From Christensenellaceae bacterium (GTDB lineage: Bacteria > Bacillota > Clostridia > Christensenellales > DTU072), in NCBI GenBank assembly GCA_031259085.1, contig JAIRMA010000058.1, positions 1,628 to 65,627 of the forward strand: a stretch of 64,000 nucleotides of DNA. The letters run 5' to 3'. Positions within the stretch are counted from its first letter, which is position 1. Each line of letters opens with the position of its first letter. Below are positions 30,734-40,756 of this stretch, one piece after another. The translations under genes were made by a program, and so were the position numbers. The notes beneath the pieces were generated by a model. It ran no database searches. It had not been told where the DNA came from and saw only the letters and a list, made by a program, of their open reading frames with translations.

Positions 30734-30780
30734 TTAGCAGTCAAATTTTAGAGTGCTAGCACTCTTGATCTTGAGTGCAA
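30734..30780. promoter_or_regulatory. Tandem overlapping CIRCE-like inverted repeats (putative HrcA-type operator)
   Basis: TTAGCAGTC-N8-GAGTGCTAGCACTC-N8-GAGTGCAA, compared with the CIRCE consensus TTAGCACTC-N9-GAGTGCTAA. The central 14-mer GAGTGCTAGCACTC is a perfect palindrome. Lies between the -10 box and the RBS. Confidence 0.55.
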
Positions 30781-30807
30781 AATTATTATTTTTTGGAGGA
30801 TTTAAAA

Positions 30808-31230
30808 ATGAAAAATATAGTTCCTAGAAGGTTTAAATTAGGCGGTGGCTTGTTGGACGGATTTGATAGTTTCTTTCGTCCTGTGTTTGAAGACAATGAC
30901 TTGTATATGCGCTGTGATGTACGAGAAGATGGCGATGATGCGTTTCTCATTGAAGCTGAACTCCCTGGTATAGCTAAGGAAAACATAGATATATCTTTAA
31001 AAGAGGGATATTTAACGATAAGTGCAGTAAAAAAAGAGTCTGCGGATGCAAATACAGATTCTTACATCAGACGTGAAATAAAATATGGATCCAGCTCGCG
31101 ATCATTCTTTATAGGTTATAATGTGGATGAAAAAGATATTGTTGCGTCCTTTGATAATGGAATTTTAAAACTTTCAATTCCAAAAGATAAGGGTGGGAAA
31201 AATGATGGAAAGAAAATCCTTATCAACTAA
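30808..31230 (+). CDS. hsp20: Hsp20/alpha-crystallin small heat-shock protein
   Basis: Start placed at the ATG at 30808 (GGAGGA RBS). Alpha-crystallin domain present (FLIEAELPGIAKENIDISLKEGYLTISA...GILKLSIPK). Confidence 0.9.
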   Translation: MKNIVPRRFKLGGGLLDGFDSFFRPVFEDNDLYMRCDVREDGDDAFLIEAELPGIAKENIDISLKEGYLTISAVKKESADANTDSYIRREIKYGSSSRSFFIGYNVDEKDIVASFDNGILKLSIPKDKGGKNDGKKILIN

Positions 31231-31276
31231 TTATTATTGTTATAGTGTTTTTTAGACAAGTCCTTTGATTCACGTC

Positions 31277-31310
31277 TTTACTAAGAGCACATTGTTGTGC
31301 TCTTAGTAAA
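31277..31310 (+). terminator. Perfect 15-bp hairpin downstream of hsp20 (terminator-like, no T-tract)
   Basis: TTTACTAAGAGCACA-ttgt-TGTGCTCTTAGTAAA. It is followed by A-rich rather than T-rich sequence, so intrinsic-terminator function is uncertain. Confidence 0.35.
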
Positions 31311-31993
31311 AAATATGAATGTATTAATCACGGATAATCACTATTTTAATTACTATAAAAAGGATTTGTCGTTATATAATACTTATGCAACATTAATCTA
31401 TTTTAAGACATTATCAAATCAAAAACTTTAATGTGGTTTATTGTCTTTAAGATTCCCTTTACAAATACTATGGATTTCGACTTAACCCTTGTTTTTTTAT
31501 CTGTCACTAAGACATCAACACTATCCGAACGCTATTTCTGTTAAAAATGTATGCGTATTTGATTTTTACAAGATCTGATTTTGATAATGCTTTTTTGTCT
31601 CCAAAAAATATTTTGACTTGCTCATATATTTTTTCGATGGAGATGCAAAAAGTTGTTTATGCAAATTAAAACTCATTCACTTAAAATCCTTATCCATAAT
31701 TTATTATTTTGTTTCATCAGTAGTTGTTAAATAACCGTTTTCAATCATGCTACAGATTTTTTTAAAACAGGTCTAAAGGTCAATTTGCCATAATATTTGT
31801 AGTCATCCTATAAACAGAATATGGCAATTACTTATAGGGGTAATTCTCTCTAGAAAATGACAAAATAATTTTCCTGTAATTAATTGGATCCTCTGTTTTA
31901 GTCCATGGTTGATGATATAGAGTTATTTTGAGAAATTGATCCGCGTTCAACATATTTAACTATCTTTAAGATGTCTTTATTTCAGAGATAAAA

Positions 31994-32034
31994 AATTAGA
32001 AAGGAGATCCTGTATTTCTTCTCTAATTTTTTTT
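31994..32034 (+). terminator. Orphan intrinsic-terminator-like hairpin with T-tract
   Basis: AATTAGAAAGGAGAT-cctgt-ATTTCTTCTCTAATT (12 Watson-Crick pairs, 2 G-U, 1 mismatch) followed by six or more T. No annotated plus-strand gene within 760 nt upstream. Confidence 0.4.
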
Positions 32035-32261
32035 CTTATTTAATAGTTGGATAATCTGAACCTTCTCAAATTGAATTATTTTATAAGCTTAATGCTCTAT
32101 ATGCTCTATGCATTAGCTAAACTCTAGGCTAAAAAAGTTTTCCTCTGAGCCTTTGATCGCAACTCATAATTTATATAAGCAATTTTTTTTACATATGATT
32201 AAATCCCAGTTTGGTTTATTATATTTTGAAAGATCTAAAGTATTCACTATTATGCTTTAAT

Positions 32262-32335
32262 AAAAAAGGTTCCAAACTCAATATCTCATATTATTGCTAT
32301 CTTTTATAGCAATATGAGACCATGAATTTGAAACC
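32262..32335 (-). terminator. Intrinsic terminator of the SCP2/aminotransferase operon
   Basis: On the minus strand, a long imperfect hairpin GGTTTCAAA...TTTGGAACC with an inner stem CTCATATTGCTAT/ATAGCAATA(ATA)TGAG, followed by TTTTTT. Confidence 0.6.
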
Positions 32336-32450
32336 ATTAAATTCCTTTTCAGTACGCTTTCCTACAGTGAATTCATTTTATAAAATATTACAACAAATTA
32401 TATAATAGGCTTAAAGCTCTATTATCTAACTTTGTAATATTTCAAAAGCA

Positions 32451-33716
32451 CTATTTGTTTGAATATACTTCAGGGTGATTTTTCACCATGTCTTGCATCG
32501 CATCGTCACAAATTTCTAATGTTTCATCTACTAATTCAGGAGTCAATGAAAGGTTTATAAAATGATTATGATGATTTGTAAGAAACGCACCGCGTCTCAC
32601 GCACCCTGCGATCCATTCTTGATGTAAAAGTAAAGATTTATCATCTTTTATCAATAAATAAAACATAGCTGGTTCGCCAGACACAGACAAATTGACATTC
32701 TTTGATTCTGCGATCTTTTTTAAACCATCGGTTAGTCTTAAGCCAAGAGTCTTGAAATAATTACATGCGTCTGATCTTTTAAGCTTATTAATATTTGCTA
32801 TACCAGCAGCAAATGGGACAGCACTCATCCAATAACTTCCAGTGTACATAATTGAGCTAAGTGCGGATTTTATGAAGTCTTTACCGCAAAGCGCCGAAAT
32901 GTTGTATCCATTTGCAATAGCTTTACAGAAGCATATTAAATCAGCCTCAAAACCATAATGAGCATCAGAACCCTGTAAATTAAGTCTAAACCCAGCTCTG
33001 ATGTCGTCAATTATAAGGACGATGCCATTTTCTGTACATAGCTTCCTAACTTCATTCCAATATCCTTCTGCAGGCAAAACGTTATCTCTAAAGTTCCCAT
33101 GCATATATGGTGTTGCTATAAAGCAAGCAATCTTTTCCTTTTGGTCATTAATAACTTGCTTCAACTGCTCAATATTATTAAAATCAACATAAATCGAATT
33201 TCTGCAATCTTCTGGCAAAACCCCTGGTGAATCAGGTTTCTGCGTCCATGGAGCAACTCCATGATAATAACCATTAACAAATATGATCTTCTTTTTACCA
33301 GTATATGCACGTGCTGTCATTATGGCTAGTTGCGTTACATCCCCGCCGTTCTTAGCGAAAAAAGCCCAATCTTTTTTTACGGTATCAGTCAAAAGCTCAG
33401 CAAAATCCACCATTATCGTATTAGGCAGAGTTGTACAATTACCTATATCCATTTGTTTTCGTGCGGCTTCATCAATTTCAGGATCACAGTAACCCGACAC
33501 ATTGGGGCCATATCCACACATATAATCAATAAATCTGTTTCCATCAGCGTCCCACATCTCAGAACCTTTAGCTTTAGTCACAAAAAATGGGTAAGCTGAT
33601 GTTGGGATCATGCAACCTTCTGCAGGGCCTAAATGTCCGTATACGCCACATGGTATTACTTTTGAGGCTCTCTTCATAACCTCTTGATTTTTTTTATAAG
33701 TGTATAATTCATTCAT
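32451..33716 (-). CDS. Class-III (HemL/GSA-aminomutase-like) PLP-dependent aminotransferase
   Basis: 421 aa with GYGPN, DDIRAGFRL and the putative PLP lysine in FCKAIANG. Confidence 0.8.
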   Translation of the reverse strand: MNELYTYKKNQEVMKRASKVIPCGVYGHLGPAEGCMIPTSAYPFFVTKAKGSEMWDADGNRFIDYMCGYGPNVSGYCDPEIDEAARKQMDIGNCTTLPNTIMVDFAELLTDTVKKDWAFFAKNGGDVTQLAIMTARAYTGKKKIIFVNGYYHGVAPWTQKPDSPGVLPEDCRNSIYVDFNNIEQLKQVINDQKEKIACFIATPYMHGNFRDNVLPAEGYWNEVRKLCTENGIVLIIDDIRAGFRLNLQGSDAHYGFEADLICFCKAIANGYNISALCGKDFIKSALSSIMYTGSYWMSAVPFAAGIANINKLKRSDACNYFKTLGLRLTDGLKKIAESKNVNLSVSGEPAMFYLLIKDDKSLLLHQEWIAGCVRRGAFLTNHHNHFINLSLTPELVDETLEICDDAMQDMVKNHPEVYSNK

Positions 33717-33728
33717 TGATGTCGCCTC

Positions 33729-34520
33729 CTATCTCAAATACTTTGGTACAATATTTAGAATTTTATTAAGATCATCTAACATAGGAATAAATCCCTTCAT
33801 GGTTAATTGTCCAGATGCTAAGCAAGACATAGCATCAATTTCACTATTAATTAATTTACTCGCGGTGTCAAGTGAGTCAAAGATCATAAACGCTCTCGGA
33901 TTCTCAGCTTTTGCGAGTTTACACGACAATTTCCCATCTGCCTTAATAATGGTAGCGGCTGCTACATCTTTAATTTCTATACTAATTTCTCCATCATGCA
34001 TTCTCTCGCCAGCAAGCTTCCCGAGCCTTTCATGATTTCCAATTTGTGCTAATGCGGCAGCCATGCAATAAAAGGCCAATTTTGTACCAAGTTCTGCTTC
34101 ATCTGTACCATCGAGACGTTTTCCATTTCTCATAATGCTTTCCATTTCGTCAGTCAAAACGCTAAATGTACTATCTGGTTTGCCCATGAACTTGAGTGTT
34201 TGGAATAATCCTTTTAACGGAATAGGCATTGCCTTTTTAGCAATAACATCATTAAAGTTAGCAGGGGACTTACAATACAATCGTATTTTAGGCTTTTTCG
34301 AAACTCCTGGTAAATACTCAGTAGCATTCACCCGCCCATCCTCAAAAGTCAACAGCCCATCAGGTCCGTCACTAACATTGAACCAAATAGAAAGATTAAT
34401 ATTTGCAACTTGTTGCTTGGCCCACTCATCTAATTCAACGAATTTTTCTAGAGTCCCAATTGCTGCATAAAAATTCACGAAAGCCTGCGTTTTTATTGCA
34501 TTTGTCACTTTCTGAGACAT
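33729..34520 (-). CDS. Hypothetical protein with two SCP2-like (lipid-binding) segments
   Basis: 263 aa. The C-terminal half ends in an SCP2-like pattern (ASGQLTMKGFIPMLDDLNKIL); the first half is similar (PIPLKGLFQTLKFMGK). 12-nt gap to the aminotransferase gene. Confidence 0.5.
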   Translation of the reverse strand: MSQKVTNAIKTQAFVNFYAAIGTLEKFVELDEWAKQQVANINLSIWFNVSDGPDGLLTFEDGRVNATEYLPGVSKKPKIRLYCKSPANFNDVIAKKAMPIPLKGLFQTLKFMGKPDSTFSVLTDEMESIMRNGKRLDGTDEAELGTKLAFYCMAAALAQIGNHERLGKLAGERMHDGEISIEIKDVAAATIIKADGKLSCKLAKAENPRAFMIFDSLDTASKLINSEIDAMSCLASGQLTMKGFIPMLDDLNKILNIVPKYLR

Positions 34521-34689
34521 TTAATTACCTCCTTTTGTATAGCTTTATAATTTCAGATAAAATCAATTATGTTTGTTGCTAAAAAACACTATTAGAATTC
34601 AAAAAACTAATATAATTCAATTGCTACGAATAATTATATATATTATAACAAATAATTAGAATAAATGCAACATCCTCTATTCCATAGTT

Positions 34690-37600
34690 TTAATCGTATT
34701 TAAAACGTTCTGACCCATCCGCCGATGCGGGATTGGTGCGTGGGCTAGGATTGCCTTTTGGTACAGCCCCTAATCCGCGCTTTACTAGAGAATTTCTATA
34801 ATTCTTATCATACTTCTTAACAAAGGCTCTTTGTCTAAATCCTACTATCACTAGCACGATGAGCGCTAGTCCAAATAAGCCAGCCGCAACATATGTAATG
34901 TACGTTAACATAACGTAATCTATTGGTATGTCTAATATTGTTATTACGTTGTCTTCTTCTTGAGCTACAGTTACATCCGCATGAACTGCCAAAATATATG
35001 TGTCCAATGATTTTGATGTGAATGTCACAAATGTTCCATATGCATCAATCTCAATAGTATTTATGGGGGTTGCCGTGCCATCTGAGCTCAATTTATATAC
35101 ACCAAACTTAATATACTCTCTATATTCCTCTGGTATATTTAAGCTAATAGAAATTTCGCCAGTATTGAATTGTGCACCTAAATCAGATAACATTAATTTT
35201 TTAACATAAACCACCGCACGTGGGGATGTCACTGGCATGGCCGACAAGAGCATTTTTTGTGCGTTTACTACATATTCTGTTGTGTTATCATATTCAATAA
35301 TCTCAAGAGCTACACCAGGAGACAAATCATCACCGCTTATTTTAACACCAGTCGCATCATCTTGGAGCAATAATAATTCGCATTTGGCTTTTAAGGAAGT
35401 TAACTTGTTAAATAATGCTGTATCAAAAACACCTTTTTGGGTGGATGCTAAATTTGTATATACATTATATGATCTTAGAATATTTGTATAATCGTCTTTT
35501 GCAACGACATTCACAGCAGGCAATGCTCTAACTTCATTTTGTAGGTTTTCAACTGCCTCCATTAGTGCGCTAAGGGCATTATATTCGCTTAACAGTTTTG
35601 CATACGCCGCAGTAAAAAATGCCCCATTTTTTATTTCATTTTGTTGCCATTCTGGATATCGTATCGTAGAATCTGGTGAAATAAAGAGTATAATATATGA
35701 ATACATGTTTGCATAGTCTTGTGAAAGATTAAACTGAGTTTTCTCAACAATATTTTCCAAATATGCTTTATATATATCAACTTCACGCTGTAAGGTATTA
35801 AGTCTGTCCTCTAATTCTACTATTTTACTATTAAAATATGCTTTTCGTGGAGCATCTGTTAAAGCTCCAGATTGCACAGCCTGGTCATAATGTGATTTAA
35901 ATGTGTTAAGTAGTTCCTTGTGTTCTTGACTTAATGTAATAGTATTTATAGTTAATTCAAATACTGTCATATAAAAAACGAGTTCAGCTTTATTCCCAGC
36001 AAGATCTTCTACAACAATGTGGACATATCCTCCGTTACTGTTATCTACAGTGTTTGTTCCAATCGTTGCACCATTAATTAAAGGAAATCCGTTATAGTAT
36101 GCAGACTTCAGATTGTTCTCTGTATATGTAATTGTCTGATCTATGTAATACTTGTATGGATTATCATAGTTAATCACTTCCTTCCCATCAACCCAGGAGG
36201 AATTATTTATTATTATCCCAGAATGGATTACAGGCGGAGTAAAATCAATGTTAACATCAAATTGTTGTACATACATTAACTTAGCAGAGTTTTCTGCTAT
36301 TATAACCACTTTAGAGATTTCTGTCACTGAAAGACCGCTTCCTGGCATGTTTTGTACGTTGCCAGGATTTGTTGTATAGTAGTATGTATAAGTCACAGTA
36401 AGTGGCTCTTGAGGAGGATTTGTATTATCATACGTTAAATTTACAACTTTTGCCCGGGTCCACTCTCCAGATGAAATATGTTGCTGGTCAGATGAACCCT
36501 CAGGTTGTACGTAAGCGCTAATAGTAAATACAGGAATAATCCTATCTATTTTGATTATCACCGTTGTAGATGATGTTTTTGTTGCGCCACCACGTACTGT
36601 TGCGGTAACCTGTATTCTAAACACACCATTAACACCACCAGATGAAATCAATTCATCCAATGAAAAATATTTACCCCCTCCTGGTAATGGACTTGCATCT
36701 GATCCATCAATAGTATACGTGTATATTACACCACTTGGATTTATTATTTTATCTCCAGCCACTTCATATCCGTTACTTATGGGATTTGTAGGATCGGTTG
36801 GTATTATTCTCAGAAACGCTTCTTTTGAAAGCCATTCTGTCTCAGTATTCGAATTGTTATCATAAGCAGTTGTAACTACTTTGTCGTCTTGCATAACCTC
36901 TATATTAAATGTCGGGCTCAAGACGTCAATTTTAACTCTTACTCTATCCTCATTATTATTAAATTGAGCATATAAATTACCCAATGTGACTGCCCTAAAT
37001 ACGACTAGAGAATCATAATTGCCAATATGCGTATATCCTGTAGGTGAAGATCCTCCGTCACCATCACCTTTAAAAACAACCTGATATACTACTATGCCAG
37101 ATGTGATATAATCTGCACCAATCGGATTATCCTTATTCATCGTAATAAATGTGATCCCACCATCCATACTCAATTGAAAATAAACCCTGGTTTGACTATG
37201 GATGTTTGAGACTGTAATAGATATAGTGGCAGAATCTATCCAATTATATTCATAAACACCACTAGAGTTTTTTGCGGCACCTGATGGGTACATAATCGCA
37301 GTTGGGGTATTGTCAGTCACACTTTCAAATTGCGGGGAAACATATATAACTTTGGAACCAGTCTGGCTTTTTGCACATAAATAAGCATTAACTGTCAAGT
37401 TGGAGACGACTGTAGATGAAATTTTATGGTCTTCTGTAAAATCAGTAGAATCTGGCTTAGTAGGATTTGTCATCATATAATAATCAATAGTAGCAAAATT
37501 TTTGAATACATCTGCAGTTGGAATTGTTAAAGTGATAGTTTGATTTTTTGTAAAAATTTGATATGAATCCTCGCTTTGCTTATAAATTCCAGCAGTTATT

Positions 37601-40515
37601 GGTATTAAATTTAAGGGATTAGGATTAGTATTGCTTTCTCCAGTTTTATCGATTTTAACTGAAATCCCAGCTAATTCATTGCTAATTGCATTTGCATAAC
37701 TAATACCACGAAAATACATCGTTCCAGAAAAACCTATACCAATTGAACTGCCGTTATAAAATTGTTCTTTACCACCATAGGAAAAACTTAAGGTGTAGTT
37801 ACCCTCATCTAGTGTTGGAGTTCCCGTAATATTTATCCAATCACTTACATCCCCGTCTACAGAATGAGTTCTGTATTGATACTGCTTAATTTCAACAGTG
37901 GATCTCAAAATAAATATTACATCTTGTGTTGCCCACCCATCCATGACAGTATATATTGCATCAATAGAAAAACTAGCGATGTCATAATTTACTTTTAGTA
38001 TATGAATGGCAGTTTTTGATCGTACGCCATTTGCATTGACGGCTTTTGACTCCAAGTAAAATGCACATTGAATCTGACCCTTTGTACTTATTGCTTGGTA
38101 ACTTAATATGTTTATTAACAATTCCTCAGATGATACAAAAATATACCCAGTTTCAGACGGATTTGAACCTGAATATATCTGATAATAAATATTAAAATGC
38201 CCATCGTGAGTACTCTTAAATTTCAAAGTTACATTATTAGATACTGTTTCAACAACTTCATGGGTAGTAACAGCAGTTCCACTATTAAAGCTTAATTCTT
38301 TTTCATCGAAAACATTACCAGTTGAAAAGCCTGAATACGCAAAAGTATTATCCAGAATGATCTGCGTTTGGTCAATGTTAATAGTTACAGTGTATTGGGT
38401 CTGAAGCCCTGCCCCCGTTAGCAGTAGGAAATGATACTTACCAGATGCTGTAACTTCCCGGGTAAAAGAATTGTTGGTTAAACTTATTGGGAGTGTGGGG
38501 ACACCTTCTAATAGAGAATAACAAGTTATCCCAGACAAATTATTTGATGTGGGCGTTAAATATATAGTAACTCTGCCATTAGCCCAGCCACCATCATCAA
38601 TCTCTTGATTACTATTTGTTAGTTTGCGCTCAATCAAGGCAGTAGGGGGGGTTATGTCTAACCATATAGCCTCTTCTGTTACAATAGATTTGCTATCCTT
38701 AGATTTATTAGTCGCAGTAAAGCTCAATAATTGTCTGTCAATTGATGTCGCGATTGTAACTTTATATATGCTATATCCATCAGCATTACTTACAAACGAT
38801 GCAGTTAACGGAATGTGCGATAAAGACATGGCTGGTGCATAAGAAAAATCAAATTCGTAATCTAGACCGATTACCGCACTGACTTGCAAATATACATCTA
38901 AGGCTTCTTTCCCCCAACCATTTGTTTTTTCATATTCAATGGGTTCAAAAAAAGTAATAGTAAAATCAGATGGTACTATAGATACAATGAATTTGAATTC
39001 GTTCTTAAGCCCTGCTGCAGAAGTTGCCTTGAATATGAATACCCTCTGGATTTTGGTGCTGTCAAAATCAAAAGCCCTCACATATGGAGCTGTCTGAGAA
39101 TCGTCTTTGAAAGTTGGTGACACTTCATCAGGATTCTCTGTTATATCAGCATATGAAAAAGTTACTGGCGATGTATTCAGAGCCGCATTAGTTGCACTAA
39201 ATACGATTCTATCACTTGCATACCCTACCTTATAGTCATCAGCACCTGAAGGAGTCGTTGATGTCTTTATTGTGGCGTTAGATTTATCTACTGCATCTAG
39301 TGAAAGTATTGGAGTTAATTTATCTATCTTTGTTGGCCAATAATTGTTCATTGGACTAAATTCTTTTCCCGCTTCACTAACCGCTTTAAATGATAAATCG
39401 TTCTTTGTAGAACTCGCAATATAATATCCTGATGTCTCATCTAATTGGGTTAATGGAAGCCAATTGTTTTGTGCTAGTGGTTGTTCTGTATAATAGAACT
39501 GAGCACTGGATCCGTAATTACTATCCGCCATCTGTGAAACAAGTGTGTAGCGCACATCATAAGCAGACCATTCATCTCTAATGTAGGATGGCTCGTTTGT
39601 CGAACCTGTTACTTTAGTAGAATCTACAGAAAAGGCAGGTTCCCTAGTATCAATTCTAATATTGTACACTTGACTATGCGGATATCTTTCTGAGGAACTC
39701 GCATCGGAGGCCGTAAAAAGGATTCTTCCAGCATATGCTCCATTAAAGAATTCATCCGCTAATGATTCTGAATTAATATAAGTTATTAACTGAGTTCCAG
39801 AACCACTTAATGGAATCTCGGCTTGATTTTCTAGATAATACCATACATTCCCTGTAGCATCTTCGCTCCTCGTTACAGTAATTCGTATTTCTGTAGAAAC
39901 CCAAGGCGCTAAAGTAGAATAATCATAAGGCACATATTCATTTAAATTATTTTTATAATCTAAACTGACCGCGGTGATTCTGCTGTTGGTAGGTGGAGCA
40001 GTATCAATTATAAGATTTATAAATCTTGCGTCTTTATAGTAATAAATTTGATCTACAGTAGTATATTTGGTTTGAAAAAATATGTATTTATTATATACGG
40101 TAACCTGCTCGGAAATGAATGTGCTAGCAGGTAAAGTCATTTTTGGAGAAGCTCCACCTGTAGATTGAAATATGCTGTTTGCTTGAAACCATTGAGCATC
40201 ATCTTTTGGGACGGTCAATGTGTCACTAGCACAATACCATAAATTAGTATTTGCGGCGTTTGCTTGAGGCCCTGTTAAGGTTATAGTTATACTTGGGGCT
40301 TTTGCCAAAGTTATAATTGTGCCACTTACATATGATCCTGTATCAATCTCAAATTTCAAAAAATTAGTTATTACGTTATCTGGAGCTTCCACTTCTGTTG
40401 CATCAGCAAACACACTATCTATAGATGACAAAGCGCATAAAAAAATCAATGCTACAGTTAACATCAGGAAGAAAATAAAGCTTATTAATTTAATTTTAGA
40501 TGTGTTTAGTCGCAT
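34690..40515 (-). CDS. Giant surface protein: signal peptide, about nine Ig-like modules, a helical stalk and a C-terminal TM anchor
   Basis: Start placed at MRLNTSKIKLISFIFFLMLTVALIFLCALSSIDSVFA (AGGAG RBS 10 nt upstream; the track start at 40566 is also possible). I-D-x-x-x-P module boundaries recur (IDTAPPT, IDTREPAF, IDKLTPIL, LDITPPTA, IDVLSPTF, IDRIIPVF, IDFTPPVI). C-terminal TM is YITYVAAGLFGLALIVLVIVGF, followed by RQRAFVKK. Confidence 0.8.
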   Translation of the reverse strand: MRLNTSKIKLISFIFFLMLTVALIFLCALSSIDSVFADATEVEAPDNVITNFLKFEIDTGSYVSGTIITLAKAPSITITLTGPQANAANTNLWYCASDTLTVPKDDAQWFQANSIFQSTGGASPKMTLPASTFISEQVTVYNKYIFFQTKYTTVDQIYYYKDARFINLIIDTAPPTNSRITAVSLDYKNNLNEYVPYDYSTLAPWVSTEIRITVTRSEDATGNVWYYLENQAEIPLSGSGTQLITYINSESLADEFFNGAYAGRILFTASDASSSERYPHSQVYNIRIDTREPAFSVDSTKVTGSTNEPSYIRDEWSAYDVRYTLVSQMADSNYGSSAQFYYTEQPLAQNNWLPLTQLDETSGYYIASSTKNDLSFKAVSEAGKEFSPMNNYWPTKIDKLTPILSLDAVDKSNATIKTSTTPSGADDYKVGYASDRIVFSATNAALNTSPVTFSYADITENPDEVSPTFKDDSQTAPYVRAFDFDSTKIQRVFIFKATSAAGLKNEFKFIVSIVPSDFTITFFEPIEYEKTNGWGKEALDVYLQVSAVIGLDYEFDFSYAPAMSLSHIPLTASFVSNADGYSIYKVTIATSIDRQLLSFTATNKSKDSKSIVTEEAIWLDITPPTALIERKLTNSNQEIDDGGWANGRVTIYLTPTSNNLSGITCYSLLEGVPTLPISLTNNSFTREVTASGKYHFLLLTGAGLQTQYTVTINIDQTQIILDNTFAYSGFSTGNVFDEKELSFNSGTAVTTHEVVETVSNNVTLKFKSTHDGHFNIYYQIYSGSNPSETGYIFVSSEELLINILSYQAISTKGQIQCAFYLESKAVNANGVRSKTAIHILKVNYDIASFSIDAIYTVMDGWATQDVIFILRSTVEIKQYQYRTHSVDGDVSDWINITGTPTLDEGNYTLSFSYGGKEQFYNGSSIGIGFSGTMYFRGISYANAISNELAGISVKIDKTGESNTNPNPLNLIPITAGIYKQSEDSYQIFTKNQTITLTIPTADVFKNFATIDYYMMTNPTKPDSTDFTEDHKISSTVVSNLTVNAYLCAKSQTGSKVIYVSPQFESVTDNTPTAIMYPSGAAKNSSGVYEYNWIDSATISITVSNIHSQTRVYFQLSMDGGITFITMNKDNPIGADYITSGIVVYQVVFKGDGDGGSSPTGYTHIGNYDSLVVFRAVTLGNLYAQFNNNEDRVRVKIDVLSPTFNIEVMQDDKVVTTAYDNNSNTETEWLSKEAFLRIIPTDPTNPISNGYEVAGDKIINPSGVIYTYTIDGSDASPLPGGGKYFSLDELISSGGVNGVFRIQVTATVRGGATKTSSTTVIIKIDRIIPVFTISAYVQPEGSSDQQHISSGEWTRAKVVNLTYDNTNPPQEPLTVTYTYYYTTNPGNVQNMPGSGLSVTEISKVVIIAENSAKLMYVQQFDVNIDFTPPVIHSGIIINNSSWVDGKEVINYDNPYKYYIDQTITYTENNLKSAYYNGFPLINGATIGTNTVDNSNGGYVHIVVEDLAGNKAELVFYMTVFELTINTITLSQEHKELLNTFKSHYDQAVQSGALTDAPRKAYFNSKIVELEDRLNTLQREVDIYKAYLENIVEKTQFNLSQDYANMYSYIILFISPDSTIRYPEWQQNEIKNGAFFTAAYAKLLSEYNALSALMEAVENLQNEVRALPAVNVVAKDDYTNILRSYNVYTNLASTQKGVFDTALFNKLTSLKAKCELLLLQDDATGVKISGDDLSPGVALEIIEYDNTTEYVVNAQKMLLSAMPVTSPRAVVYVKKLMLSDLGAQFNTGEISISLNIPEEYREYIKFGVYKLSSDGTATPINTIEIDAYGTFVTFTSKSLDTYILAVHADVTVAQEEDNVITILDIPIDYVMLTYITYVAAGLFGLALIVLVIVGFRQRAFVKKYDKNYRNSLVKRGLGAVPKGNPSPRTNPASADGSERFKYD

Positions 40516-40756
40516 TTGACTACTGCTCCTTAATAATATAATCAAATTATTAAGTCCTGTCGACATAGGTCGTATGTCTCAACTGAAACCTAATCATCTC
40601 GCCAATTTCATAAAACGATAAAATATAACATACATAATAACATAAAATAAGAAATTTTTCAATAGTTTAAAGAGTTTTCAAACTTATTAGAGAGCAAATT
40701 TTATGATTTATTTTAAATTCTTATCTTAAATTAAAAGTAGTGTTTGTTTACTTTCA

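Noticed and set aside
30740-30757. A CtsR operator at hsp20, suggested by AGTCAAA within the operator region.
   Set aside because: Only one heptad is present. The required second direct repeat (A/GGTCAAA after a 3-nt spacer) is absent. The CIRCE-like inverted repeats explain the region better.
32106-32121. TATGCATTAGCTAAAC here resembles TATGCGTTAGCTAAAC at 58698-58713, which suggested a shared repeat element between the two long ORF-free spacers.
   Set aside because: Similarity decays immediately outside the 16-mer. One-mismatch 16-mers are expected by chance in 64 kb of AT-rich DNA.
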